The translations under genes were made by a program, and so were the position numbers. Shown piece after piece: positions 31,262 through 40,220 of a DNA stretch of 64,000 nucleotides; positions within the stretch are counted from its first letter, which is position 1, and every line of letters starts with the position of its first letter. The DNA comes from Candidatus Binatia bacterium (GTDB taxonomy: Bacteria > Desulfobacterota > Binatia > Bin18), in assembly GCA_963666315.2 (NCBI GenBank), contig CAXXHG010000043.1, positions 608,001 to 672,000 on the forward strand. Direction: 5' to 3'. The notes under the pieces were generated by a model that ran no database searches, had not been told where the DNA came from, and saw only the letters and a program-made list of their open reading frames with translations.

Positions 31262-31468
31262 CTAGATCAGCTTTAATGCCTCTTGCGTCAAACGTTTCAG
31301 CGCTCTGTCCAGCAAGCGTTCGAGCTCCCTGACCTCTTTGATGTCAAGGTCAACTTCTCGAAAGATCTCTTGTCCTGTTAGGGAGTGTGACTGCACGTGC
31401 AGCCTTGCTCCTAAGAGGGTGTCCTCCGGCGCTTGTGCGTATCGCAAATCAATCTGCTGCACTCGCAT
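31262..31468 (-). CDS. Small hypothetical protein (68 aa)
   Basis: AGGAG RBS before ATG 31468; charged helical C-terminus; no family recognised. Confidence 0.55.
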   Translation of the reverse strand: MRVQQIDLRYAQAPEDTLLGARLHVQSHSLTGQEIFREVDLDIKEVRELERLLDRALKRLTQEALKLI

Positions 31469-31557
31469 ATTGGTGTCTCCTAAGTAAGCGTGGGAAGGAT
31501 CATGGATATCTATCATAGCTGGTGCAATCTGCACGGGCCTCTGCTAACTGACTGTGA

Positions 31558-32241
31558 CTACTTCTGTTTTTTAGCCCCCGCTTTCAGCAGCGGGGCAGTG
31601 TTGGGAAAAACGGTGCCGTCGACGAAGCGACCTGTAAGGTCGCTCAAATAATACGCATCCGGGGTAAATTCAAACAGGATTTTCAAGCGCTCTTCGGAAC
31701 TCTTGAGCGCGGCCTCGACCTGCTTGTGTTCGGTGATGTCCTGCACGGCCCCGTAGATGCGCACGGCCCGGCCCTCAGTCTCATCCCACTCCGGACGCAT
31801 ATAATGGCGCAGCCAGCGCACCTCGCCCTTTTTGGTTCTGACGCGAAATTCCCGTGTGTCCGGCCGATTCGTTAACACGGTCTGAAACTGCTCGTTGCAT
31901 ACAGGAAGATCCTCCGAGACCAGAATGCTATGCCAGCCGAGTCGGTTGAGGTCTTCCACGGTGTAGCCGATGACGCGGCTCAAGGCGTCTGTCGCCCATT
32001 CCAGGATCGCTTTCCCGCTGGACTTCACTTGCACGGAGAAGGTGTAATCGGAGGAGAGTTCAGCGAACGCACGGTATCGTTTCTCAGATTCTTGCAGCGC
32101 GGCGTTCGCCCTGAGCAGCTCTTCCGTCCGTTCCTGGTTCAGGGCCTCTATCTCTTCGCGTAATGCCTCTGGGAGCTGCTGGAGTCTGGATTCTGCAGCT
32201 TGGGGTCGCGGGGCAATCGTAGGGCTGAGAAAGTTCTTCAT
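31558..32241 (-). pseudogene. Truncated PAS-domain sensor
   Basis: Coiled coil, complete PAS/PAC (SEKRYR...GEVRW...GAVQDITEHK), then a second PAS breaks off after DLTGRFVDG; no output domain. Confidence 0.7.
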
Positions 32242-32348
32242 GGACCCTTTCTATGTTCGCTGGTGAGTCAATTTGCTTGAGATAAACATCTGGCGAGGTG
32301 AGCAGGGTGCCAAATCTGACGTGGATTCGCTGGGATACGACGGCCCCT

Positions 32349-32924
32349 CTAGTGCGACCTACCTGCCCTTCCTTCTGTCTCTGTTACTCTCTGTAGCTCC
32401 CGGCCTGCGGCTTTCTCATATTGGAACCGAGCGGCATGATGGCGCAGCCCGGCCGCTAGGCGGGAGAATGTGTGGCTGCCCTGTGCCCATGGTTTGCCCC
32501 TGAGGTCAGGTTCCTCCCCGCCTGGGCTACAATGCCAGGGTGCTGGGTGCTCTGGGCACTTCACTAGCAACGTACTGACAGTTTCGAGCAACTCCTCGGA
32601 TGTAAACGGCTTAGCGAGGGCCTCATGCGCCCCCAAATGCTTTGCAGCTGCTAAGACGTTTGAGAAGCTGCGACTGCCACCGCCGGAAATGGCCAAGACC
32701 TTGACCTGGGGGAAGTGCTTGCGCATCGTTACAATTGTTTCGATCCCCTCTTTGCCTGGCATAAAGATGTCAGTGATGAGGAGCTGGACAGGGGTGGTGC
32801 CCACCAGCTTGATCCCTGCGTCGCCATCGGCGGCTTCAAGCACGGCAAAGCCTTCGGTCTCCAAGATCTGACGCAGCAGGGCACGCACCGGAGCTTCATC
32901 GTCAATGACCAGCACGTGTGTCAT
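32349..32924 (-). CDS. Single-domain response regulator receiver with a low-complexity tail
   Basis: LVIDD, ITDIFMP, AISGG, AKPF. Confidence 0.85.
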   Translation of the reverse strand: MTHVLVIDDEAPVRALLRQILETEGFAVLEAADGDAGIKLVGTTPVQLLITDIFMPGKEGIETIVTMRKHFPQVKVLAISGGGSRSFSNVLAAAKHLGAHEALAKPFTSEELLETVSTLLVKCPEHPAPWHCSPGGEEPDLRGKPWAQGSHTFSRLAAGLRHHAARFQYEKAAGRELQRVTETEGRAGRSH

Positions 32925-33231
32925 GTGTCTCACTCTTGTGTTTGGTCATGTTTCCCGGTTTCTTGGTGCACGGGGCGTCCGCCTATAAGAAAACCATAGT
33001 GAGGCGGGGTGTTCAGGGCCACAGGCGCGGCGTTCGGAATGTTTTCAGTATGCGTTATATTTTGGGCTAGGGAGAATATAGTTTGAACGTCCTCTCCGGC
33101 GGTGTCTGTCCGTACCGGTCGCAATCAGCACTACGCTGATCCTTAAGGAGGAGCGGTAGTTGGATATATAATCGACACTCTCAAGGTGAAATTAAAAGAA
33201 AAATTTCTTCTCCTTTTATGAGACACCTTAC

Positions 33232-33858
33232 TTAACACTTTTTCTCAAAGGCTCGGTACAGGCCGATAACGGTCCCTAGAATGCGTGGTGACGGTGCAGG
33301 CTGTGTTGACGGAATTGGGGCATAGGCGGGATTCGCTGCTTCTAGGAGCAGGACCTTGCCTTTTTTTCGCAGCCGCTTAACGGTCACTTCCTCTCCCAAA
33401 AGAGCGACTACAATTGCTCCAGGGTCGGCGGCCTCTTTTTGACGCACGATGACATAATCGCCTTCCTGAATGCCGGCTTCAATCATGCTGTCGCCCTGGA
33501 CGCGCAGGGCAAAATGGGTACCCGCGCCTAAGAACTCTGAGCTGAGATTAAGCATCCCTTCTTGGCTCTCTATTGCCAGGAGCGGCTGGCCGGCCGCCAC
33601 ACGGCCAATAATCGGAATGTTTCCCTCTGGCTGCGCCATACGTTGCAAAATCTCAATGGCGCGTCGGCGTCCCGGCGAGCGACGAATATAGCCCTTGCGT
33701 TCTAAGGCAGTCAGGTGGTCTTTGACGCCTTGGAGCGACGAAATGTTCATGGCTAGGGCCATTTCTTGCAGCGTCGGCACGTAGCCCTTCTTCTCAATCG
33801 AGGCTTCGATGATGCGCAAAAGGCGCTCTTGGCGTGCGGTGAGCGGTAGGATTGACAT
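33232..33858 (-). CDS. lexA: SOS repressor LexA
   Basis: LTARQ, PTLQE wHTH; GRVAAG cleavage site; VQGDSM (Ser) and TVKRL (Lys) dyad. Confidence 0.95.
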   Translation of the reverse strand: MSILPLTARQERLLRIIEASIEKKGYVPTLQEMALAMNISSLQGVKDHLTALERKGYIRRSPGRRRAIEILQRMAQPEGNIPIIGRVAAGQPLLAIESQEGMLNLSSEFLGAGTHFALRVQGDSMIEAGIQEGDYVIVRQKEAADPGAIVVALLGEEVTVKRLRKKGKVLLLEAANPAYAPIPSTQPAPSPRILGTVIGLYRAFEKKC

Positions 33859-33868
33859 TTTGCTCAAA

Positions 33869-33888
33869 TACTGTAATTAAATACAGTA
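33869..33888. promoter_or_regulatory. LexA box (CTGT-N8-ACAG) overlapping an extended -10
   Basis: TACTGTAATTAAATACAGTA 10 bp upstream of the lexA ATG; TGATATACT on the minus strand overlaps it. Confidence 0.85.
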
Positions 33889-34063
33889 TATCAGAAAGGT
33901 CTTCAGACAATGGGTTCGCACTGGGTTCGATTGTTCTTTCTTCTAGCGTCTTCTCGGTCTTCTCGCCACCTGCTTCGTTCAAATAGGTGGCAACAAGAAG
34001 CGGCCTATGGGAGCAGACGACCCTACTGCAATACCATTTCCTACACAAAGAGGAGGAAGATAT

Positions 34064-34366
34064 ATGGCTCATCCTTTTACCGGTGGATGTGCGTGTGGTG
34101 CGATTCGGTATGAGGCGTCAATAGGGCCGCCTATGGCTGGAACGTCCCACTGTGGTGATTGCCAACGGGCAAGCGGTGGGAGTGGCGCACCTCCGCTTTT
34201 TGGGAAGCCAAGCATGATGCCTGATGTCGTGGGGATTCGTGCCGGGAGCCTTGATAATCCAAGTTTGTTTCAGCCCAGCATGGATATCTATACATGGAGT
34301 GCTCAGTCCTGGGACTATATGAATCCCGATTTGCCGAAATTCCCGAAGGCACCAGAGCAACCGTAA
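34064..34366 (+). pseudogene. GFA/CENP-V family protein with in-frame internal deletion
   Basis: GGCACGAIRY, HC.DCQR, then directly PLFG..IRAGSLD..P.MDIY; the FCxxCG segment and ~35-40 aa are missing. Confidence 0.75.
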
Positions 34367-34469
34367 GACTGGCAGGCGAGCTGAGGTTTTCTTTCAGGAA
34401 CAGGGTGGCGTCTAATGCTCACCTGGCAACAGTTTGCTGCCGCACAGCCGAAACTGGACAGCGACTTCT

Positions 34470-34880
34470 CTATTCGGCTCGTCCTTTTTTGATAATGAGG
34501 TCGAATTCTTTTTTCATGACCGGCATAACAGATAAGCGGCTTTGTTTGATAAGGACCATGTCTTGTAGTTTTTTGTCTTGTTTCATCTTGCTGAGTGTAA
34601 TCGGTGCAGTCAGGGTTTCCACCGGCTCAATATCGACAACGCTCCAGCGCTCATCAGCGGTGGTTGGATCCTGATACGCCTCCTTAGTGACACGGGCGAC
34701 ACCGACTACAGCCAGCCCCTCATTGCTGTGATAATACAGCACCAGATCGCCGACCTGCATAGCACGCAGATTATTCCGGGCTTGGTAGTTCCGCACCCCG
34801 TCCCAATACGTCCGGCCGTCTTTTTTCAGATCATCCCACGAATATTTGTGCGGTTCTGATTTCACCAGCCAGTACTTCAC
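34470..34880 (-). CDS. EVE domain protein
   Basis: YWLVKSEP, WDGVRNYQARN, YYHS, RLSVMPV. Confidence 0.93.
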   Translation of the reverse strand: MKYWLVKSEPHKYSWDDLKKDGRTYWDGVRNYQARNNLRAMQVGDLVLYYHSNEGLAVVGVARVTKEAYQDPTTADERWSVVDIEPVETLTAPITLSKMKQDKKLQDMVLIKQSRLSVMPVMKKEFDLIIKKGRAE

Positions 34881-36064
34881 GCCTGCTCCTCTCGTAGGCC
34901 AGCCTGAATCATCAGCGGCAAAATCTGTTCTTCAAACTGAGCCAGGCCCGCGTCGTAATCAACCCAACACAGGGTGAGCCCATCCATGCCGACATCCGAC
35001 ATGGCCTGCATACCTTCGACAACTTGCTGGGGCGTTCCTACAAGCGGCAATGCGCCGTAGCCGGCAATCATATTCGTAGCGAGGGCACGCGATTCTTCAG
35101 GAGACATGCTCTCGGAGTTTGGTATAAAGGTGTTGAGCAGATTCCGTACACCGGTCCAATCGCCCTTTTCATGAACGTAATAGCGCTCATAGGCTTTGGC
35201 CTCCTGCTCGGTATCGCGACACACCACATAGCCCATGCCGAAGACATGTATCTCGCGACCAAATTCTTGCCGAGCCAGGTCTTTGATTTCCGCTATCGAT
35301 GCGCGTGCGGTTTCAAGTGAGGAGACGACAACAAAATTAAAATCCGCATGTTCGGCGGCAAAGCGACGACCGGCAGGACTGAGACCCGCGCTCATGATCA
35401 GTGGATAGGGTGACTGAATCGGCTTGGGTTCTGAGTAGGCGTTCGGCACGCTGAAATATTTCCCCTTAAAGTCGAAGCTGTCTTCTTCGGTCCACAAGCG
35501 CTTCATAATCGTGATCCACTCGCCTGCCATCGCGTAGCGATCATCATGCAGCTTTTGGGGTGCGCCGAACATGGCGATTTCCGTTTCGTTCCAGCCTGCA
35601 ACGATATTGAGCACAAAGCGTCCACCCGAAATATGATCTATGGTCGCGCCTTGCTTAGCGGCTAAGACGAGGTGGACGGTCGGGACATGCGAGGTGGAAA
35701 AGATCGAGATCTTCTCGGTGGCCGCTGCGAGACCGGCTGCCCAAGTGTAGGTCTCAAACGAGCGGTGGTTAAAGTCGACGTCTCCACCGAAGCCCCGCCA
35801 GCGGGCAACCGGTACCATGCCTTCGATACCCATTTTTTCAGCTGCCTGCGCTATGCGTTTACTTTCCGCCCATTCGACTTGGATGGTGCCCTCAGCCGAG
35901 GTCATAGTGCAGCCGCTGCTGACGTTGACCCCGAAGACGGCTAGCTTCAGCTTATTATTGTTGCTCAAAAGTGAAGACTGGGTGCCGTCGATTCGAGAAC
36001 TACTCTGTCGAGAACCGCTTTGCCGAGAACTATTTTGCCGAGAATTTGCTTGCGCCGAGCTCAT
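34877..36064 (-). CDS. Luciferase-like (LLM) flavin-dependent monooxygenase
   Basis: VARWRGFGG, ATIDHISGGRFVLNIVAGW, PKPIQ, AGLSPAGRRFAA, LVGTP; GTGA overlap with EVE. Confidence 0.9.
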   Translation of the reverse strand: MSSAQANSRQNSSRQSGSRQSSSRIDGTQSSLLSNNNKLKLAVFGVNVSSGCTMTSAEGTIQVEWAESKRIAQAAEKMGIEGMVPVARWRGFGGDVDFNHRSFETYTWAAGLAAATEKISIFSTSHVPTVHLVLAAKQGATIDHISGGRFVLNIVAGWNETEIAMFGAPQKLHDDRYAMAGEWITIMKRLWTEEDSFDFKGKYFSVPNAYSEPKPIQSPYPLIMSAGLSPAGRRFAAEHADFNFVVVSSLETARASIAEIKDLARQEFGREIHVFGMGYVVCRDTEQEAKAYERYYVHEKGDWTGVRNLLNTFIPNSESMSPEESRALATNMIAGYGALPLVGTPQQVVEGMQAMSDVGMDGLTLCWVDYDAGLAQFEEQILPLMIQAGLREEQA

Positions 36065-36132
36065 CTTCCTCACACAAGCGCATACACAAACACAATCCCG
36101 GCAGTCCGGCTAGATAGCCAGGCTCGAATCGC

Positions 36133-36160
36133 CGTCATTCCCGCGCAGGCGAGAAGCCAG
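36133..36160. repeat. Degenerate REP-like element
   Basis: CGTCATTCCCGCGCAGGCGAGAAGCCAG resembles the widespread GTCATTCCCGCG(C/A)AGGCGGGAATCCA repeat; (CAAAATGCG)x3 follows at 36213-36239. Confidence 0.55.
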
Positions 36161-36323
36161 ACAAGTAGGGCTCCGTTCCGAGGCCCGGCTTCCGTCCGTT
36201 TCGACAGAGTTTCAAAATGCGCAAAATGCGCAAAATGCGAAGGGTGTGTAAGGATGCGAAGAAGGAAGGGTAGGAGGGTTACACCGAGGCGCGACCCATC
36301 GCGCCTCGGCTTCTTTAGCGGGC

Positions 36324-37169
36324 CTATGCCGCCTCGCGGAGCGGGAGGACAATATCGGGCTCTTCTGCAGGGATACCCGTCTGGATCGCTTTGCGCAGAC
36401 GCTCGATCGCACGGGTACGGATCTGGCAAATTCGTCCCTCTGTGAGCTGCCATAATTCGCCGACCTCGCGCAGCGTCAGACCTTCATAATACGACAGGGT
36501 AACCACTAAGCGTTCTTGGTCTGGTAGTTTTTCTATTGTCGCCGCCAATTTTTCAATCAGATCTTTATTCTCAAAAGTGGTTTGCGGATCCTGGAAGAGG
36601 CTCAGCATGCTTTGCCCCTGGGTTGGGGTTGCAATGCCTTCATCCGAAGCAAGGGAGAGGTCTTCCAGGTTTAACAGGGTGGCTTCATTCACGCTCTGAT
36701 TGACTTGGTAATATTCTTTGAGCGATACGCCGTGTTCAGATGCAATCTCCTGCGGATCGGCATCGCGACCGAGACGAGCAGCCAGATTGACCTTGGCGGA
36801 GCTCATTTTTCTTCCCCACGAGCGAACCGAACGGCTGGTCCAGTCGAGAGACCGGAGATATTCCATGATCTCGCCATAGATCCGGTGCCGTGCGTAGTCC
36901 TGGAAGACAACGCCACGCCCTTCGTCATAACGTTGCGCCGCTTCGAGCAACCCTACGACGCCTGATTGAGTCAACGAATCCAGCTCGATGCGATGACGTG
37001 GCAGCCGACGGTGCACTCGGTCGGCCATTTGCCGCACGAGTGGCAAATAGGTGTCTATCAGTTTTTCTCGCGCCTTAGCCGTGAGCCGCTTCTTGGTTGG
37101 TTTGGCTTTTTTGCGAGATTGAGCTTGCCGTGGGGACGTTGCGCCGGCGGCAGATGAAGTAGTGGACAT
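36324..37169 (-). CDS. FliA/WhiG-family sigma factor (sigma-28-like)
   Basis: YLPLV, G.VGLLEA..RYD..RGV.F..YA..RI.G, LRSLDW.SRSVR, YYEGLTLREVG...LTEGRICQI. Confidence 0.9.
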   Translation of the reverse strand: MSTTSSAAGATSPRQAQSRKKAKPTKKRLTAKAREKLIDTYLPLVRQMADRVHRRLPRHRIELDSLTQSGVVGLLEAAQRYDEGRGVVFQDYARHRIYGEIMEYLRSLDWTSRSVRSWGRKMSSAKVNLAARLGRDADPQEIASEHGVSLKEYYQVNQSVNEATLLNLEDLSLASDEGIATPTQGQSMLSLFQDPQTTFENKDLIEKLAATIEKLPDQERLVVTLSYYEGLTLREVGELWQLTEGRICQIRTRAIERLRKAIQTGIPAEEPDIVLPLREAA

Positions 37170-37351
37170 GAGGCTCCCCCTATGAGTGGTGTCAGTGTAG
37201 CCATGCGAGACGCACGCTTTCCGGAACTGGAAAAGGGGCGAGGATCGCCTGCCAGCCCTGCGCCCGTATCCCTTTGTATCAGGACGTAGGCCAGTAGCTT
37301 TGCGTCCCACCCTTTCGAGTGGTTTGCCATTATCAAGCGCGAGGAAAGAGA

Positions 37352-37368
37352 AGCAAATGGCATGCCGA
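37352..37368 (-). promoter_or_regulatory. Sigma-54 (-24/-12) promoter for the FliA-like gene
   Basis: TCGGCATGCCATTTGCT (GG-N10-GC); IHF-like TTTCAACGGGTTA 37395-37407; TGTC-N8-GACA at 37451-37466. Confidence 0.7.
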
Positions 37369-37494
37369 ATTCAGCGAACCAAGAAAAGTAGGAATTTCAA
37401 CGGGTTAGAAATTGTTCCAAAAATGAAATCGGCAATTTTTTGTCACTATCTGTCGTAATTGTGACACTTAATGTCAATCAGCATGTATTTCTAA

Positions 37495-37523
37495 TTGCCT
37501 TTCCCGGATAGGATCTCTATAAA
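37495..37523 (+). promoter_or_regulatory. Sigma-70-like promoter of the CocE gene
   Basis: TTGCCT-N17-TATAAA. Confidence 0.5.
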
Positions 37524-37545
37524 ATGGCCTAAGGAGGGGAGAAAT

Positions 37546-39300
37546 ATGCCACGAGAGAGTCGCGCAGAATACGGAATAAAGTCTGAAAAAAACGTCCCAG
37601 CTATTATGCGGGATGGGACGACGTTATATGCTGACGTTTATCGACCTGATTCCGCAGGGCGGTTCCCCGTTATTTTGCTTCGCCTCCCGTATGGCAAACA
37701 ACTGGCGGAGGTCTTTGGCGACCATGAGTATTTCCCTGCTCGTGGCTATGTTGTCGTCGTCCAGGATGGCCGAGGCCGGTTTGCATCCGAGGGCGAATAT
37801 TATCCGCTTATCGACGAAGCACAAGACGGATATGACACAGTCGAGTGGGCGGCCTCGTTACCGTACGCAAACGGCATGGTCGGCACGCAGGGCCAGTCAT
37901 ATCTTGGGGCAACGCAGTATCAACTTGCGCCTACTCGGCCACCGCATCTCCGGTGTGCCTTTCCCGTGTCCGCTGGGGCAGATTACCACCAAGGTTGGGT
38001 ATACCACACCGGCGGCGCCTTCTCTCTGGGCTGGCAAATACCGTATGCCATATTCCTCGCCCGCAATACGATTGATCGCAAAGGAATAAAGGACCAACTT
38101 TGGCCCAAAGTCAGGCCGGATCTTTTGCGTTCGATTAATTTCGCTAATCCGCTCTGCCCAGAAGCGTATCAACGCCTGCCGCTCATGTATTGGGCCGATC
38201 TTCTTGGAGAAGTCGCGCCGTATCTGCGCGATTATTTTACTCATCCCGACGAGGGGCCGTATTGGTGGCCGATTAATATTGAACGGCAGCACCACAACAT
38301 CAGTATTCCCATGTACCACGTTAGTTCGTGGTATGACATTTTCCTGCGCGATGCGCTGGTCCACTTCTGCGGTCTGCAGTCGCGGGCCATGACGCCGGAG
38401 GCACGAGGCGGGCAAAAACTGCTCCTTGGGCCGTGGGCGCATCTTTTCCCCTACACGGCCCCGATTTCCGGTGGGACCGGCGATATTGATTTTGGTCCGA
38501 ATGCCGCTATTGAGCTGCACGACACCCAGCTGCGTTGGTTTGACTATTGGCTCAAAGGGATAGACACGGGGATTGGTGAAGAGGCGCCTATTCGGCTGTT
38601 TGTGATGGGCACAAATCAATGGCGGGATGAATATGAATGGCCGCTGGCGCGCACTCGTTACATGCCGTACTACTTCCATAGTCAGGGCAACGCGAACAGC
38701 CTGAACGGCGATGGTGGGCTGAGTGCTGAACCGCCCCAAGATGAACCAAAGGATCATTATGGATACGATCCTGCTAATCCAGTTCCGACGTGTGGCGGCA
38801 ATACCCTAATTATTCCGGTCGGTGTAGCAGATCAGCGCGAGGTCGAAAGCCGCCGGGACGTTTTGGTGTATACGGGCGACCCTTTAGAAGCACCGCTTGA
38901 AGTGACCGGGCCGCTGAAGGTTGTCCTAAACGCCTCTTCTTCCGCAATCGACACCGACTTCACCGCTAAGCTGGTCGATGTCCGTCCGGATGGCTATGCC
39001 CAAAACATTGCTGATGGAATTTTGCGAGCTCGGTATCGTGAGTCATTGAGTAATCCTAGCCTCATGACACCAGGAGAGCCGTATGAGTTCAGAATAGATT
39101 TATGGGCGACCAGTCATGTTTTTCTACCCGGTCATCGGTTGCGGGTAGAGGTTGCATCGAGTAACTTCCCGCGTTTTGACCGCAACCTAAACACCGGCGG
39201 TGATCAAGCAACCGGGACGCAGTTTCAAACCGCGCAACAGACCGTCTTTCATAACAGCCGATTTCGGTCGCATATTTTGTTGCCGGTTATTCCGTCGTAG
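37546..39300 (+). CDS. CocE/NonD family serine hydrolase
   Basis: MRDGTTL.ADVYRP, RGRFASEG, GQSYLG nucleophile, WYD, GPWAH, SSNFPRFDRN. Confidence 0.93.
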   Translation: MPRESRAEYGIKSEKNVPAIMRDGTTLYADVYRPDSAGRFPVILLRLPYGKQLAEVFGDHEYFPARGYVVVVQDGRGRFASEGEYYPLIDEAQDGYDTVEWAASLPYANGMVGTQGQSYLGATQYQLAPTRPPHLRCAFPVSAGADYHQGWVYHTGGAFSLGWQIPYAIFLARNTIDRKGIKDQLWPKVRPDLLRSINFANPLCPEAYQRLPLMYWADLLGEVAPYLRDYFTHPDEGPYWWPINIERQHHNISIPMYHVSSWYDIFLRDALVHFCGLQSRAMTPEARGGQKLLLGPWAHLFPYTAPISGGTGDIDFGPNAAIELHDTQLRWFDYWLKGIDTGIGEEAPIRLFVMGTNQWRDEYEWPLARTRYMPYYFHSQGNANSLNGDGGLSAEPPQDEPKDHYGYDPANPVPTCGGNTLIIPVGVADQREVESRRDVLVYTGDPLEAPLEVTGPLKVVLNASSSAIDTDFTAKLVDVRPDGYAQNIADGILRARYRESLSNPSLMTPGEPYEFRIDLWATSHVFLPGHRLRVEVASSNFPRFDRNLNTGGDQATGTQFQTAQQTVFHNSRFRSHILLPVIPS

Positions 39301-39450
39301 GAGCATGGTGCCTCTAATTAGCGCAGGCGGCTCATCGTCTAGGCCTCTCAAAGATAGGTACCGCCATTGAGGTCGGGACTGGAAGATTGCTTTTAACCCA
39401 TCCCCCAGCCAAGATGGCTCAGAATAGTTCTTTGGTAAGGAGGTTGGATT

Positions 39451-40035
39451 ATGGCTAATCCTGTCGACCCGTGTGAGGTCCGTCTCACTGGAGAAAACTC
39501 TTTTCTCCGGCTTCGCGCTGCTGAGGACGCCCCGGTGACGACCCAGACGAGCCACTGGCGGGTTTTGCTTTCTCCCGGTGGTCCTGGTCATGCCCTGTTC
39601 TTGCAAAGTGAGCTCACAGACAACCAGGTCAGCAACTACTCCGATAACATCGCGTTAGCCCGTTGTTTGCAAGTTGAGGTCGAACAAGGGCTTAATCCGG
39701 ACTTCGCTGACGAGGGCATCGCGGTGGCCGAGGCCAGTTTTTCCCGGCATGGTGATGTTCGGTCTTTCTCCGCGGAGAAGATTGTATCCCGAGATATGGA
39801 GATTACCCTCACTTGGTATGACTTGGGTGACCCGTTCTTTATCCACTTTGAGCCGGGTAGCCTCTCTCAAGGCCTGCCGCATGGGGTGTACAGCGTCTTA
39901 ACGCCGGCAAATAAGGCTCGACTGGTGGTGAACGGAAAAGACGCTCAGGGACAGCCCTTTGCCATGGACCTCGGGGGGCATGCAGGCAGCTCTTGCTCTC
40001 TGGCTTGGTCGGAAACGTGGGTGAGACCCCGGTGA
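39451..40035 (+). CDS. Hypothetical protein
   Basis: Strong AAGGAGG RBS; 194 aa of protein-like composition; no family recognised. Confidence 0.7.
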   Translation: MANPVDPCEVRLTGENSFLRLRAAEDAPVTTQTSHWRVLLSPGGPGHALFLQSELTDNQVSNYSDNIALARCLQVEVEQGLNPDFADEGIAVAEASFSRHGDVRSFSAEKIVSRDMEITLTWYDLGDPFFIHFEPGSLSQGLPHGVYSVLTPANKARLVVNGKDAQGQPFAMDLGGHAGSSCSLAWSETWVRPR

Positions 40036-40220
40036 GGTTCCTTAACGACCAAAATTGTTCCGTTCCTATCGGAGAGCCATCCAGCAATTTCGTGAATTGC
40101 TCAAAATGACTGTTCTGGGCAATTCCTGCAAAGGAACATAAGGGTGGCTACCGCGACCCAATACCCTACGACTACGCAGAAATGGCGGATACTGGAAGGT
40201 TGCTCCTCGTGATGGGATAT

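Noticed and set aside
31521-31540. Sigma-54-like GGCCCGTGCAGATTGC upstream of the small ORF
   Set aside because: Spacing is GG-N12-GC, not N10.
36020-36453. ORFs with CAKCAKC/FAHFAHF repeats as metal-binding peptides
   Set aside because: By-products of the intergenic 9-bp tandem repeat; they overlap real genes.
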